Below, one piece after another: positions 11,850 through 23,725 of a DNA stretch of 64,000 bases; within the stretch, counting starts at the first letter, position 1, and each line of letters opens with the position of its first letter. The stretch is taken from the NCBI GenBank assembly GCA_000388065.2, contig KB932208.1; one strand, written 5' to 3'. Position numbers and translations under genes: made by a program. The notes beneath the pieces are model-generated. The model had not been told where the DNA came from, searched no databases, and saw only the letters and a list, made by a program, of their open reading frames with translations. The stretch comes from Fonticula alba ATCC 38817. Taxonomy: Eukaryota; Protista; Nucleariida.

Positions 11850-13448
11850 ATGGTACTGTCGCCTTCGGGAGGACCCCCCGCAGGAGCTCCCGCTGCCTTT
11901 TGCGATCATCTCCGCCTTCCCCCTTCGCTTCGCCCTCTCCTCTTCCTTCGTCCCACATTTCCCCCCTCGGCCGCTTTCTTACTGAGCTCTTCCCCCATCG
12001 CCACTGCCGGTTGTTGCCGGTTGTTTCCCCCGGCCTGTTGTCTCTGGCGTCCGGTCTCCTCATCCAGCTGCGGTACGTGCGCTGGCGATGTCACTTTCCC
12101 ATTGCGTCTCTCTTCCGGGCGGGATGGCCTGTTCTAACTGTTCGTCCTTCCTATTTTCCCTCACAGTCGCCAGACTCGCGAGCGGCGGGAGTATCTCTAC
12201 CGCAAGTCGCTCGAGGCCACCGAGCGCGAGGAGTACGAGAAGCGCCATCGCATTCGCGAGGCCTTGAACGGTATGTCCTCCCTTGTGGCGTCTTGCCGGG
12301 CTCTTTCACCTATTCACTCTTACTGACCCACTTGCTCCCCCCCCCCCCCCCCCTGTGTCCCCCTCCAATCTGCAGCTGGCAAGCCCATCCCCACCGAGCT
12401 GCGCGATGACGAGCTTGCCCTGCGAGAGAAGATGCAGCTCGAGGACCCGAACTCTGGAGGTGCGCGCATAGATCAAGCTCCTCCTTGCTCTGTCTTCCTT
12501 TCCGCCTGAACGCTCACCGGTCTGCCCGGCGCTTCGCATGTCCGACATAGTCCCCGACCATGATGATGAGTATGCCAATGCCGGCATGTTCGACCCGAAG
12601 ATTGTGGTCACCACCTCGCGCGACCCCAGCTCGCGCCTGGACCAATTCACCAAGGAGATGCGCCTGGTCTTCCCCGGCGCCCAGAAGATCAATCGCGGTA
12701 ACTATGTGATCAAGGAGCTGGCGGATGCCTGCCGCGCCAACGGCGTGACGGACCTGATCATCTTCCACGAGACCCGTGGCGAGCCCGGTGTGTCGCTCGG
12801 ACCTCCTGCCCTTTGCTCCCTTCCCCCCTTCGCCCCGCTGCCCGGCAATCTGACCATGTTCTTTTCATTTCCTCCAAGATGGCATGATCGTCTCGCACTT
12901 TCCCTACGGCCCGACGGCCTACTTCTCCCTTCACAATGTGGTGCAGCGTCATGACATCGAGGACCGGGGCACTGTGAGCGAGCAGTTCCCGCATCTGATT
13001 TTCGACCAGTTCACCACCCCCTTGGGCCTGCGTGTCAAGTCCATCTTGCGCCACTTGTTCCCTGTCCCCCGGCCGGATAGCCGCCGGACGATGACCTTCG
13101 CCAATCGGTCGGACTACATCAGCTTCCGGCACCATGTGTTTGTGCGCCATGGCGGCGGCGAGCGCGGTGGTAATGAGGTGGATCTCAGCGAGGTGGGCCC
13201 TCGTTTTGAGCTGAAGCGTATGTCTTCTTTTGCGCCATTCCCCTTTCCCTTTTGCCTTGCCTTCTGACCTTTCTTCCTCTCGCCTTTTCCCCTCCCTTGT
13301 CCTGCGCCGGTGTGTGCGTATGTGTGTGTGTGTATCTGCGGCTAAAGTTTACAAGATTACCCAGGGCACCATCGATATTGGCGAGGCCGACGTCGAGTGG
13401 GTCGCGCGCCCGTACATGAACACCTCCCACAAGCGCGATTTCCTGTAG
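11850..13448 (+). CDS. IMP4: U3 snoRNP protein IMP4 (Brix domain), multi-exon with ATG-only first exon and 5-nt microexon
   Basis: [103 protein letters not shown]. Confidence 0.96.
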
Positions 13449-14276
13449 GCGGTGCTTGTGTCTGGGTGGGCCTGCCCTTTCCCCCCCCCCCCCCCCCTCG
13501 CTCCTCCTGTTGCTTGTCCATCTTTTCTATCCCCTTCCTTTCCTTTTGCGAGACGGCCCCATGTAAAGTAGTCCGTACCTTGCTTCCGCCCGGTCGGTGT
13601 TTCGTCTCTCCCTGTCCCCTTCTTCGCCTCCAGACGATCATAGCAAGGGCACCCCACCTGTCTCCGGTCTCCATCTTATTTTCCCTGGTGCCCACGTACA
13701 CTGTGTTCCCTTTCCGCTCTCTTGCCCCGCACATTCATGTGCCCTGCTACTTCTCCCCCGTGCACAAACAAACATCTAGATATCTCTGTCCCTCTCTCTC
13801 TCTCTCCCTTCTCAGATGGCTGATCGTGGTTATCGGGGCGTCTCTTCTGTGGGCACTCCCTCTCCCGGCCGAGTGGGATGGAATTGTCTGTTTTTTTTTC
13901 TCGGTGTATTGTATTGGACGGGTGTTTGGCGGGCGCAGGGGAAGCCACCAACGAGCAAAGGGATCTGAAAGAAAGCATGGCAGCCGTTGCCGGGCTTACG
14001 TCGGTGGGGGGAAGAGGAAATGGTGCGGTGGGGGGGGGGGCGTCATATGAACAGGCGCACGCACAATCAAACAGGGAGAGAGAGAGAGAGAGAGAGGCGA
14101 GCATGCATGTATCTCATAGGCCCCCTTCTCTAACACACACACACACACACGGCCACTGGGGAGCCTCCGACATGTGCGCGACCACGGGGGGCCCACAAAG
14201 AGGGGGAGGGGGGAAAGGGCAAAGAGGGCATATGCCGAAGGACAGGGATGGCAAGAGGTGGGGGATGCGGGGGGAC

Positions 14277-15170
14277 TTACTCCTGGTCCTCGGAGCGGAC
14301 GGCAGAAGAGAACTCGCGAGCCTTCTGGCGGAAGATGGCATTCTCGGAGAAGAACTTGGGCAGCATGTTGTCCATACCGCCGAGGTTCTTGACAAAGGTG
14401 GCATAGCCGGCAGCGATGCCGCCGACAATGACCAGCGGGGCGACGCTCAGACGGCGGACACCGTTCGGGTAGGCTGAGGCAAAGAGGCACCGAGAAAGGG
14501 AGAGAGAGAGAGAGAGGGAGGGAGCATTAGCAGGAGCAAGCAAACGGGCCAACGGGCGGCGGGTGGCCGGCAGGGGATGCGCATCAAGGACGCACGGTAG
14601 AGAAGGGCGGCGGTGGCAAGACCGGCACCAGCGGCAACGGCATGGCCGGTGGGGGTGATCGGCTTGTTGTCCTCGCTGCAAAGGGACTTGGCCAGACCGC
14701 AGGACAGGGTGTAAATCGCAACCGCGAGGCCTGGGGCCGAGATGGAGCAAGGCTCACGAGCGTCAGTGCGTGCGTGCGTGCGTGTGTGCGCGCGCGCGAG
14801 CGCGCGGAGGAGGGTAGAGATGTGCCAGGGAAGTGGAACAGGCGGCAACAACATGGGCCCAGCGTAGGGCAGGACGCACCCATACCGCCGCCGAAGCGGA
14901 GGGAATAGTGGCGGGGGAAGTAGTTGGTGGGGACATCGCGGTGCAGGATAAACTTGTACATGTTGGCAATAACAATGGCTGATTGGGGCGACAGCGAGCA
15001 ATCTCAGGTCAGCGGAGGCGAGAGCGAGAGGGCGGGAGAGACAAAAGCCACGACGAAAGCCCGGACGCACTGCTGCCGAAGACGGTGATACCCTTCTTGA
15101 TGGCCGAATCCACGACCGTGTCAGTCGGGCTCAGGGAAAAGGTCTCGAGGATGTTGTCGATGCTGCTCAT
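14277..15170 (-). CDS. Small polytopic membrane protein, Tim17/Tim22/Tim23 superfamily, possibly complex I subunit NDUFA11/B14.7 (4 exons)
   Basis: Spliced MSSIDNILETF..SAIKKGITVFGS-TIVIANMY..FGG-GLAVAIYTLSCGLAKSL..HAVAAGAGLATAALL..-..PLVIVGGIAAGYATF. Four Gly/Ala-rich hydrophobic helices. Family assignment is by pattern only. Confidence 0.55.
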
Positions 15171-16673
15171 TGTGGCGACTGATCTCCGCTGTGGCCTGTC
15201 TGGTCGAGGGCGAGGGCGAGAGGGGAAAAGAAAGGGGCGAGGGAGGGGAGCCTGGTTTGCGGTGTGGCAAACGACAGGCGGGCGCTAGGGCGGAAAGGAG
15301 GGGGGGGGGAGGGGGGAGGGGGAGGAGGGGAAGGAGGCGAGAGCACCGTCTGATGCCGGGGCCCGGCGCCCCCGGGGGGTCGGCACCGGCAGCCGAAAAA
15401 AAAGATACGCCATAAGCCGAGGCCGCTGGCGAGGAGGAGGGGGAGGAGGAAAATCTCGCTCGCCAACAAGCCGACATGCCTCGGTGCTGGTGTCAACCGC
15501 TGTGCTCGGTCGGTCCTGGGAGTGTGTGCGGCTCGGTGTGTGCGGGGGGCGTGGGCAGTCTCAGCGTTTAGGTGCCCGTGCAGACATTGTTGTCAGTGCC
15601 TGGTTGAGGGCAGCCACCTTGGTTGGTGCGCTTGCCGGGGCGGCCCAGAGAGGCGCCGAACCCCGGCTCTAATCGCGTGACTGCCCACCCAAGAGGTTGC
15701 CATGGACCCCCTCCTGCCGCCGGGAGGCGGGCCTCCTCCCCCCCCCCCACCCGCCCCCCTTACGGCGTCTGTTCTCGGGAGCCACACAGTCGAAGGAGGC
15801 ATTCCCAGCACTGGCGGGCAAGCCCCTTCAGCATGGAAGCCTGTCCAGCTGCCCCCCCCCCCCCCCCCCCCCCCCCCTCGCAGCAGGAAATACATACCCC
15901 ATCGAAGAGCCTCTGCAAAGAGGCACGCTCAGACGCCCCGGGCGCCTCCAGTGTGATTGCCGACGCCGTGGTCGCGGCCACTGCCGACGGCCGGCCATAG
16001 GCAGGTGCGCGCGTATTTTCCCGGCGGGCGGGGCCCCCCGGGCCCCCCCTCTCACTCGTGTGACGCCCCAGGCGCCCCCCCCCCCCATGCTCTTCCCTGT
16101 GGCCACTCCTCCGCCCGATGGGCTGGGGTTCTCGTCGCCGAGGTTTAGGTTGTCGCAACACCATTCCAAATACATGCCAACGCACATCACATGTTACACA
16201 TGTCCGTTAGTTTTAAACTTCGCGCCGTGTCCCGGAGATCGCCAGGTTGCTTTGTTTGTCTTGCCCGTCCTGCCGAGGGGGCGTCCGGCGGCTGGGTGCC
16301 CGCAGACCACATGTGCTGGGTGCTCCCCCCCCCCCGGCCCGGGAGACGGATCTACTTGATGGAATGCCCTGATCGCCTGGCAGCCGGGGATGAAGACACC
16401 ATCGGCCGAGATGGCCACGCCTGTGCGCCCTTTGCCGGGGAAGAAAACCCCGCCGGAGGACCACCTCCCCGAGGAGGCAGCACGTCACCCCTCTCCTCTC
16501 CTCTTCTCCGCTCTCTCCCCCCCCGGCATCCTGCCACCCTTGTTTGGTTGATTCATCCACCTCCCCCATTTGCTTGTGCATACACTCGGACACTTTCACA
16601 TCTGCCTTTTGATCAGGGTCGCCTACGCACCCCGAGAGAGAGAGAGGGCGAGTGACCTCGCGCGAGCCGCAAA

Positions 16674-19600
16674 ATGAAGTCGAATGCGAAGAAGCCCACG
16701 GGCGCGGGGATGAAGCAGCCCGTCCTCTCGCACTTCTTCCGCCCCTCGGCTGCCAGCGCGGCCGCCGTCACCACCGCCACGGCGGATCCTGGCACCGCCC
16801 CGTCCGCAAGCAATGTCCCGAATCCGAAGCGCCCCCAAGTCGACCTGGCCGCCAGCGAGTCGAGCAGTGCCACCGAGGTCAAGCGCCAGCGGACCAGCCC
16901 GGCTCCCGGGGCCGCAGTCAGCCCGAAGGGCAGCTCCAAGTCCGAAGTCAAGCCGAATGTGCTTCCAAAGCCCCGGGCTCCGGCCGAGGCTGGATCTCTG
17001 GCACCTGTTGAGCTCAAGCCCGAGCCGGTTGACGGGAAGATGGCCGAGTCCGAGGTCCAGATGGACACCCACGACGCTCTTCCGATCTACCAGCCCGGCT
17101 CCCGGGGCCGCAGTCAGCCCGAAGGGCAGCTCCAAGTCCGAAGTCAAGCCGAATGTGCTTCCAAAGCCCCGGGCTCCGGCCGAGGCTGGATCTCTGGCAC
17201 CTGTTGAGCTCAAGCCCGAGCCGGTTGACGGGAAGATGGCCGAGTCCGAGGTCCAGATGGACACCAAGATCGAGGATATCGGCGATGGCCCGAAGACCTC
17301 TCGAGCCCGCATGGCAAGCAAGTCGGCCGATGTCAGCCCGCCTGCCAAGCGGCGCGCACCCCCCTCGCGGCGGTCTCCCTCCCCGGCGGCCGAAGTCCTC
17401 ACACGGTCGGGCCGGCCGGTACGCACACGCCAGCGTCGGGCCATGCTGACAATGGACAGCAGTGATGAGGATGATGTTGATGGCGGCGCGGCGGGTGGTA
17501 TTTCGTCGGCCGACAGCGACAGCGATTTCATCAACGACTCGGAGTCCTCGAGTGGGTCCTCCTCGGATGGCGGCGTTGGCTCGGACTCGGACCTGTCCGG
17601 GGCCGAAACCGAGCTCGATCCCCTGTCGGACCTGTCTGATGACGGGGAAAGTGACACCGGGCGCCGGGGCCGAAGCCGAGGTGGGCGACTGCGCCGGCCG
17701 GGCCGCGGCGTCTCACCCCCGATGCCGGGCCTCCCCCGGGGGGATGCCCCCATGACTGACTCCGCCAGCTTGGCAGACCGATTTGCATTTGGGCCTGCGG
17801 CTGCGGGCCCGTCCGCCACGGGTCCGGTGTCGGTGCCAGTGCCGCGGCGTGCCCCCAACAGCTTCCTCCCTCCGAGCAATGCCACCGCGCCCGGGAAGGG
17901 TGCCGGCTCCAAGGCGCAGTCCAAGTCCGGGGTCAATCCCTCGCCACTGGAACGCCAGGTGATGGACCTCGCGGCGCGCTGTCCCCCAGGTACCCTACTG
18001 GCGGTTGAGTGTGGCTACCGGGTCCGCTTTTTCGGACCTGATGCCATGGCGGCGAGCAAAATCCTCGGGATCCTAAGTAGCACCCCGATTTCGCGTGGCG
18101 GCCAGGCCGCTGGCGGAGGTGTGCTTGAGAGCGCCAGTGTCCCGGTGGTGCGCATTGGCATCCACGTTGCGCGGTACGCTCGGCCTTGCTTGTCCTTTGC
18201 CCAGTCTCTTTTTCCTGCCTGTCCTCTTGCACTTTTCTAACATCGGGATCTTTCGCAACTGCTCTTGCGTCCGGTTATGTTCTCCTATCTCCTTCCTGTC
18301 TCTGGCTGTCTCTCGCACTGCCTCTGGCTGTCTCTCTCACTGCCTCTGGCTGTCTCTCTCACTGCCTCTGGCTGTCTCTCTCACTGCCTCTGGCTGTCTC
18401 TCGCACTGCCTCTGGCCTCTTTTTTTTTCTCTCTCTCTCTCTCTCTCCTCCTCACTCTCTCCCCCTCTCTCTCTCCCCCTCTCTCTCTCCCCCTCTCTCT
18501 CTCCCCCCCTCTCTCTCTCCTCTCTCTCTCTCCCTCTCTCTCTCTCTCCCCTCTCTCTCCCCCCTCACTCTCTCCCCCCTCAATCTCGCTGCCTCTGGGT
18601 CTCAGCCTCGTCGGCGCTGGGCTCAAGGTTGGCGTGGTCACGCAGCAGGAGTCCGCCGCCATTAAAGCGGTGGAAGCCATGTCCGGTGGTGGATCCTCAA
18701 GCGGCCCCTTCGAGCGGAGTCTCTCGCACCTCTTCAGCCGGTCGACCTTCACCCGAGCGGATGCCGGCATTCTGACCCGATCGCTGACGCAGGCCAGTGA
18801 GGGTGGCGGGGTGTTTGGCACGGCGGACGAAGTGGCCGAGGTGGCCGCAACCGCCGGGGTCGGCGCCGACACGGCCGGCGATGAAGCCAGCGGTGACCTT
18901 GGCAGCACGCTTGATGGCTCGGCCGAGGGCGAGGGCGGGCTCATTCTCTATCTGGCCGAGGTGGAGCAGCGCCCGGGCGTGCGATTCCTGAGTCTGGTGG
19001 CCCTGTCTCCGACGACCGGGCAGGTCACATGCGACCTCATTCCGCTGGCAGCGGCCGGGGAGGCGCCTGCTTCCGGAGGCGACACCCCGGCAGGGGCAAC
19101 CCTCTTGGCCTCGAGCCATGCGACCGGCTTGCTGGAGTCACGGCTGGCTCTTTACCGGCCGGCCGAGATTGTGGTGCTGGCATCGATGGATGCCGCCGAG
19201 GCGGCGGCCGAGCGCCAGGCGGACCCGGTGGCCCGGCGATTGGCCTCCGGCCTGTGGGCCAGCTGGATTGGTGGCTTTGTCAATCCCGCGCGCGCGGGAG
19301 CCTCCAGCCAACGGGGCTTTCCGGTGCTCGGGCCGCGTGGCTGCTGGCCGAATGCCTTTTCTTTCTTCGCCGGCTTCCCGGAGGACATTGTTTCGGGTGG
19401 AGAGCTGCTCAAGGCAGAGGCCGAGACACATGGGGCTCCGAAGATGGCGACAGTGACGACCCCAGCGGCTCCGCCGCGTGCTGCCGGAGCCCCCTCACTG
19501 GCTGTGGCCAGCTGCCTGGGCCACTACATCTCGGAAGAGCGGTGCGCAAACCCCGGTATCCATGACTTTGCCCTTGCCCCACATGAAGGAGCACCAGCAA

Positions 19601-22600
19601 CTGACCTGCACCCCGGCTGGGCCGGGGGCATGCATGCCTTGTAGTTCCAAATCCAGCCATGTTGTTCGTGTGGAGCGGGTTTGCCAGTCGTTCCTGGGCG
19701 ACGCGACCGAAGATGCCCTTGTGTCCAGTGCTCGCATGTTCCTGGCTGGGGAATTGGAGCGCGCCAATGGGTCCCCCTTGGAGCCGCGACTGCCGCACGA
19801 TCTTCTGGCCGTCCCCCTGGCTCTGGCCGTGCATCATTTGCAAATTTTCGGCCAGGCCGACATCATCCTGGACTCGATTCGGCCGGAGGTGCCGACCGGT
19901 CCCGAGGTCGGGGCTGCCGCCGATGACTCGATGGCAGCTGGCCCGGCCCCCGTGGCCGCTGCTCGAAGTGTGGCCATTGACCTGCCCGAGGGGGATGCCC
20001 TCTCGGCGGTGTCTTCCTGCCTCGGCATCGCCCTCCCTCGATGCTCCCTGTCCAGTCGCGAGGAGGGGTTCTTCTCTCTGGCAGACCCGCACGATGGCGC
20101 GGCTCGGCTGCATCTCAGCGCGGACACCCTCCAGCAATTGAATGTCCTTCGCAGTGAGGATGGCCTGGTATGATGCTCGTGTCTTTGTTTCTTTTTTTTT
20201 TCTCCCCGTCTTCCTCCTTTCACCTAACATATGCCCCCCACCATTCCTCTCGCCCGTGAACAGATTCGTGGTTCCCTGCTCTGGGCCATTGACTCGACCC
20301 AAACGGGCCCCGGGGCGCGGTTGCTTCGGACTTGGCTGGCGCGGCCGCTCGCCTGCGACCGGTACTTCCCCCTCCAGTTTGCTCTCGACCCCTTGGGGCT
20401 GCCCTTTGCTGTTGACTCGCCTCTCAAGCTAACCAACTCTTTTGACAGAGCCATCGCCGACCGGCAGTCGACCGTCTGCGAGCTTGCCGGGTTGCCGTTC
20501 CCGCTGCAGGCCGACGAGCACCTACTTAGCTCCGAGGCGGAGGCGTTTCTCCAGGATCTGCGCAGTCTCTTTGATCCGAAGCCGGAAACCCGCTTCTCGC
20601 CGATCCGCATTCGCGCTTGGCCGGACTTGGAGCGGAGCTTCTCGAAGCTCCTTTCTCAGCAGGTAAACACTGCCCAAGCTCGAAGTTTGCCTTTGGCCTG
20701 GCGCTCCTCTATACTGACACCTTGAGGCACACAACCTCCCCCCCCCCCCGCGAGCAGATCACGGTCGCCGAGTTGCGCGTTTTCCTCAATGCCCTGGTTG
20801 ATCTTGACACGGCCCATGAGCGACTGAATGGGGCTGGGGATTCACCTGCAGCGGGCCCCTTCCGTTCTGGATCACTCAACCGCGCGGTCACCATCCTTGC
20901 GCGGGCCAGCGGTGTCGCTCGCACCTTGCGGGCATACCTGTCGACGCCGTCGGCCTCCGCCTCGGGGGCCTCAAGTGAGGGCCGTTCTGCCAAGAAGCCA
21001 GGGTATGGCGGTCCGCCGTGGGCGCAGCGCAAGCCGGCTACCGGAGGCCCGGGAATGGATTCCGCCTCCACCGGGCTGTACACTTCCGGTGTGTGGGCCA
21101 CATTGGAGGTGGAGCGGCAGATGGCGCCCCAGGTATCGGCCATCCGGGAGCGCATTTTCGCCCTGGAGGCCTCGTTGGAGGACCATCTGCGTGAGGATGT
21201 GGCGCCGGTGGTGCAGCGGCTGCGCAAGTCCAAGACCGCCGGCGGCTTGGCCTATCGTACCCTGCTGGGCATCACGCACCTGGTCGAGGTGCCGGCCGGG
21301 GCGCGTGCCCCGTCCGACTGGACCAAGCTCAGTTCGTATGTGCCTCCTTTGTCCCGTTTCCAAGAGCAGTGAGAGGTTGATTGTTTGGTGTTGACCCTCC
21401 CCCGCTCATTGGGCCTGTGCCCCTCGATCGCCAATTACAGCACGAAGGCCGTGGACCGGTACCATACCCCCTTCATCCAGGAGTCCGTCACACAGCTTGC
21501 GGCCCTGCGTGCGCAGGCGAAAATCGAGTCCGACCATGCATGGTTTGCCTTCATCCAGTATGTGCTCCTGGCGTTTCTGGTGTTCGTGCTGGGTCCTTTC
21601 TAATGCCCCCTCAACTGCCCTGGCTCTCGCGCAGAACCATCTCGACGGAGCATTCCGCCACGCTGGCTAGCGTGGTGGCTCTTGCGGCTCGGCTGGATGC
21701 CTGGTTCTCCCTGGCCCGGTATGCCGGCTCCTCGACCGAGGTGATGTCTCTCCCGCGATTGGTGTCCAGTCGGCCGACACTGGATGTCCGTGCCGATGGC
21801 GTGTCCAGTGGGCTGGCAGCCACCCTGCGCCAACCGGCCATCACTTTTACCATGGAACAGGGCCGGCATCCGATCGTGTCGAAGCTCATGGAGGAGGGAG
21901 CCTCCGCCAAGTACATCCCCAACGACTGTTCCCTGTCGGTGCGTCTCTCTACGCTGCATGGGCTTCTTTCAGCGGTGGAGGGGGGGGGGGGGGGGCCGGA
22001 TTTCCACCGGTCTGCCGCTCTTTTCCTTCCCTTTGCTGACCTGTGGCATGATCGCAGTCCGGTGGCCAGACGGCGCTTGTCTTGACCGGGCCGAACATGG
22101 GCGGTAAGTCCTCCTACGCGCGGTCCTGCGCGTCGATCGCCCTACTTAGCCATGTTGGATGCCATGTGCCAGCTGCGTCGGTTACGTGCTCGGTCCTGGT
22201 CGGGGGCATTCACACCCGGTACGCGTACATGTCGGCCGGGCTCCACTCCCTGCTGTGGCTCTTCTTGCTGTCCTTCTGCTAACGCCCCGGGTTATTGGCA
22301 CATGTGACGGAGCCAGCATCGGCGCACAGGATGACTTGGTCCGCGGTCGGAGCACCTTCCTCATGGAAATGCGAGAGGCGTCGGAGATTTTGGCAGCCAC
22401 CGCCCCCATAGGCTTGGTCGAGTCGGGGAGCATCTCACCCTCGGCCTTCGGCCAGATCATGAGCATGTACGACTGTCGGTGTCAGGAGTGTCTGCTTGTC
22501 GAAGGTCCCGAGCAGGCGTCCCTGCATGCGGCGGCCACGGCGGCAAGTGAGGGCACCGAGCTTCCAGCACCTCGGAGCTTGGCTGCCCTGCCCGCTGGCA

Positions 22601-23400
22601 GCACGGTGGCCGCTGGACGCCCGTTTGTCCGGCCGGCTTTCGTGCTGATGGACGAGCTGGGTCGCGGCACCGCCACATATGACGGGGCGGCCGTTGCCGA
22701 GGCGGTCCTGCAGGAGCTGGTCAATGTGGTGCGCGAGGGTGTTTTTCTTGCTTTCTTCCCGGTGGTCCGGCCGCCGTCGGCGGTGTTCCCTTTTGTTGAG
22801 TCGCCTATTCGCTGACTGCCTGCAATGTGACATTCGCCCCTTCCCTCGTGCGCGTCACGCCCCCCCCCCCCCCCCCTTTCCTTCCCTCCCCGCTCCTGCC
22901 CACGACAGTGCTCTGCACTGACCATCTTTATCACGCATTATCCGAGCCTCACTCGGCTGGCGCCCTTCTCGGGTGGTCGGATTGCCAATGCCCACATGAT
23001 GTATCTCCTGTCTGGCGGCGCAGCGGCCGGGACTGGCAGCAGCAGCAGCAGCAACAGCCAGCCAGCCATCACCTTCTTGCACCAAGTGACCGTGTCCTCG
23101 CCCTCCCCGTCTCAGGATTCAGGGAACTTCGTCGGCAACGAGGAGCAGGACCACTCGTACGGGTTGAATGTGGCCCGACTGGCGCAGCTGCCAGAGGCAT
23201 TGGTTTTGCGGGCTGGCGAAATGGCCTCCTCCATGCGGCGATCAGTCACCCGTGGCCGAGCTGCGGCCGGTTTGCACCAATTGCTTCGGGCGCTGGCCAA
23301 CTCCACCGGCCCGGATGACGCCGCTGTGGTGGCCTTGCTGGCGGACTTCCGCCAGGCGATGGACCGGTCGGGCCTGAGAGCCGAGGACCTGGTGAATTAG
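16674..23400 (+). CDS. MSH3: DNA mismatch repair protein MSH3 (MutS-beta), multi-exon; apparent frameshift at about 17070-17265 is an assembly artefact
   Basis: N-terminal PIP box QPVLSHFF. Domain [23 protein letters not shown] (MSH3-type, lacks the GxFYE Phe of MSH6). Walker [13 protein letters not shown], Walker [27 protein letters not shown]. Confidence 0.93.
16893..17265 (+). other. Assembly artefact: 177-bp direct duplication separated by an Illumina adapter fragment
   Basis: 16893-17069 is identical to 17089-17265. The spacer 17070-17088 is CACGACGCTCTTCCGATCT, the 3' end of the Illumina TruSeq Read 1 adapter. Confidence 0.95.
18301..18417. repeat. 22-bp tandem repeat (about 5 copies) in an MSH3 intron, followed by a (CT)-rich tract
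   Basis: Unit CTCTGGCTGTCTCTC(G/T)CACTGC recurring every 22 nt. Confidence 0.9.
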
Positions 23401-23725
23401 ATCCTCCTTTTTTGGCCCCCCCTCCCCCCCTTTGCCCTTGGTCTGCGCGCGCCCTGGCCCTCGCCTGTTTCCTACTCCGCCTTGCGCGAGTGCCTCACAC
23501 CAGCAATACACCCCACACAAATGTACACGAAGACAAGTGGGAGCACCGAGAAAGGAGGGAGGGGGAGTATTTCTGCCGGATCGCTTGCCAGGGGCAGGAC
23601 ACAGCCGCGCACAAGTTGCAAGGGGGGGGGGGGGAAAAGAAGAAGAAGAAGAGCACCAGCGGGAGGGCCAAAAGACGGGGCCCACTCCGTGAGAGAGCGA
23701 AGGCAGAAGGCAGGCGGTGAACCAC

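Noticed and set aside
15480-16620. Exon-like segments on both strands between the Tim17-like gene and MSH3
   Set aside because: Splice signals exist on both strands, but I could not build a coherent, recognisable protein. It may be UTR exons or a small unknown gene.
16674-18240. MSH3 as a frameshifted pseudogene or programmed frameshift
   Set aside because: The shift is fully explained by the adapter-containing 196-nt artefact, and all catalytic motifs are intact.
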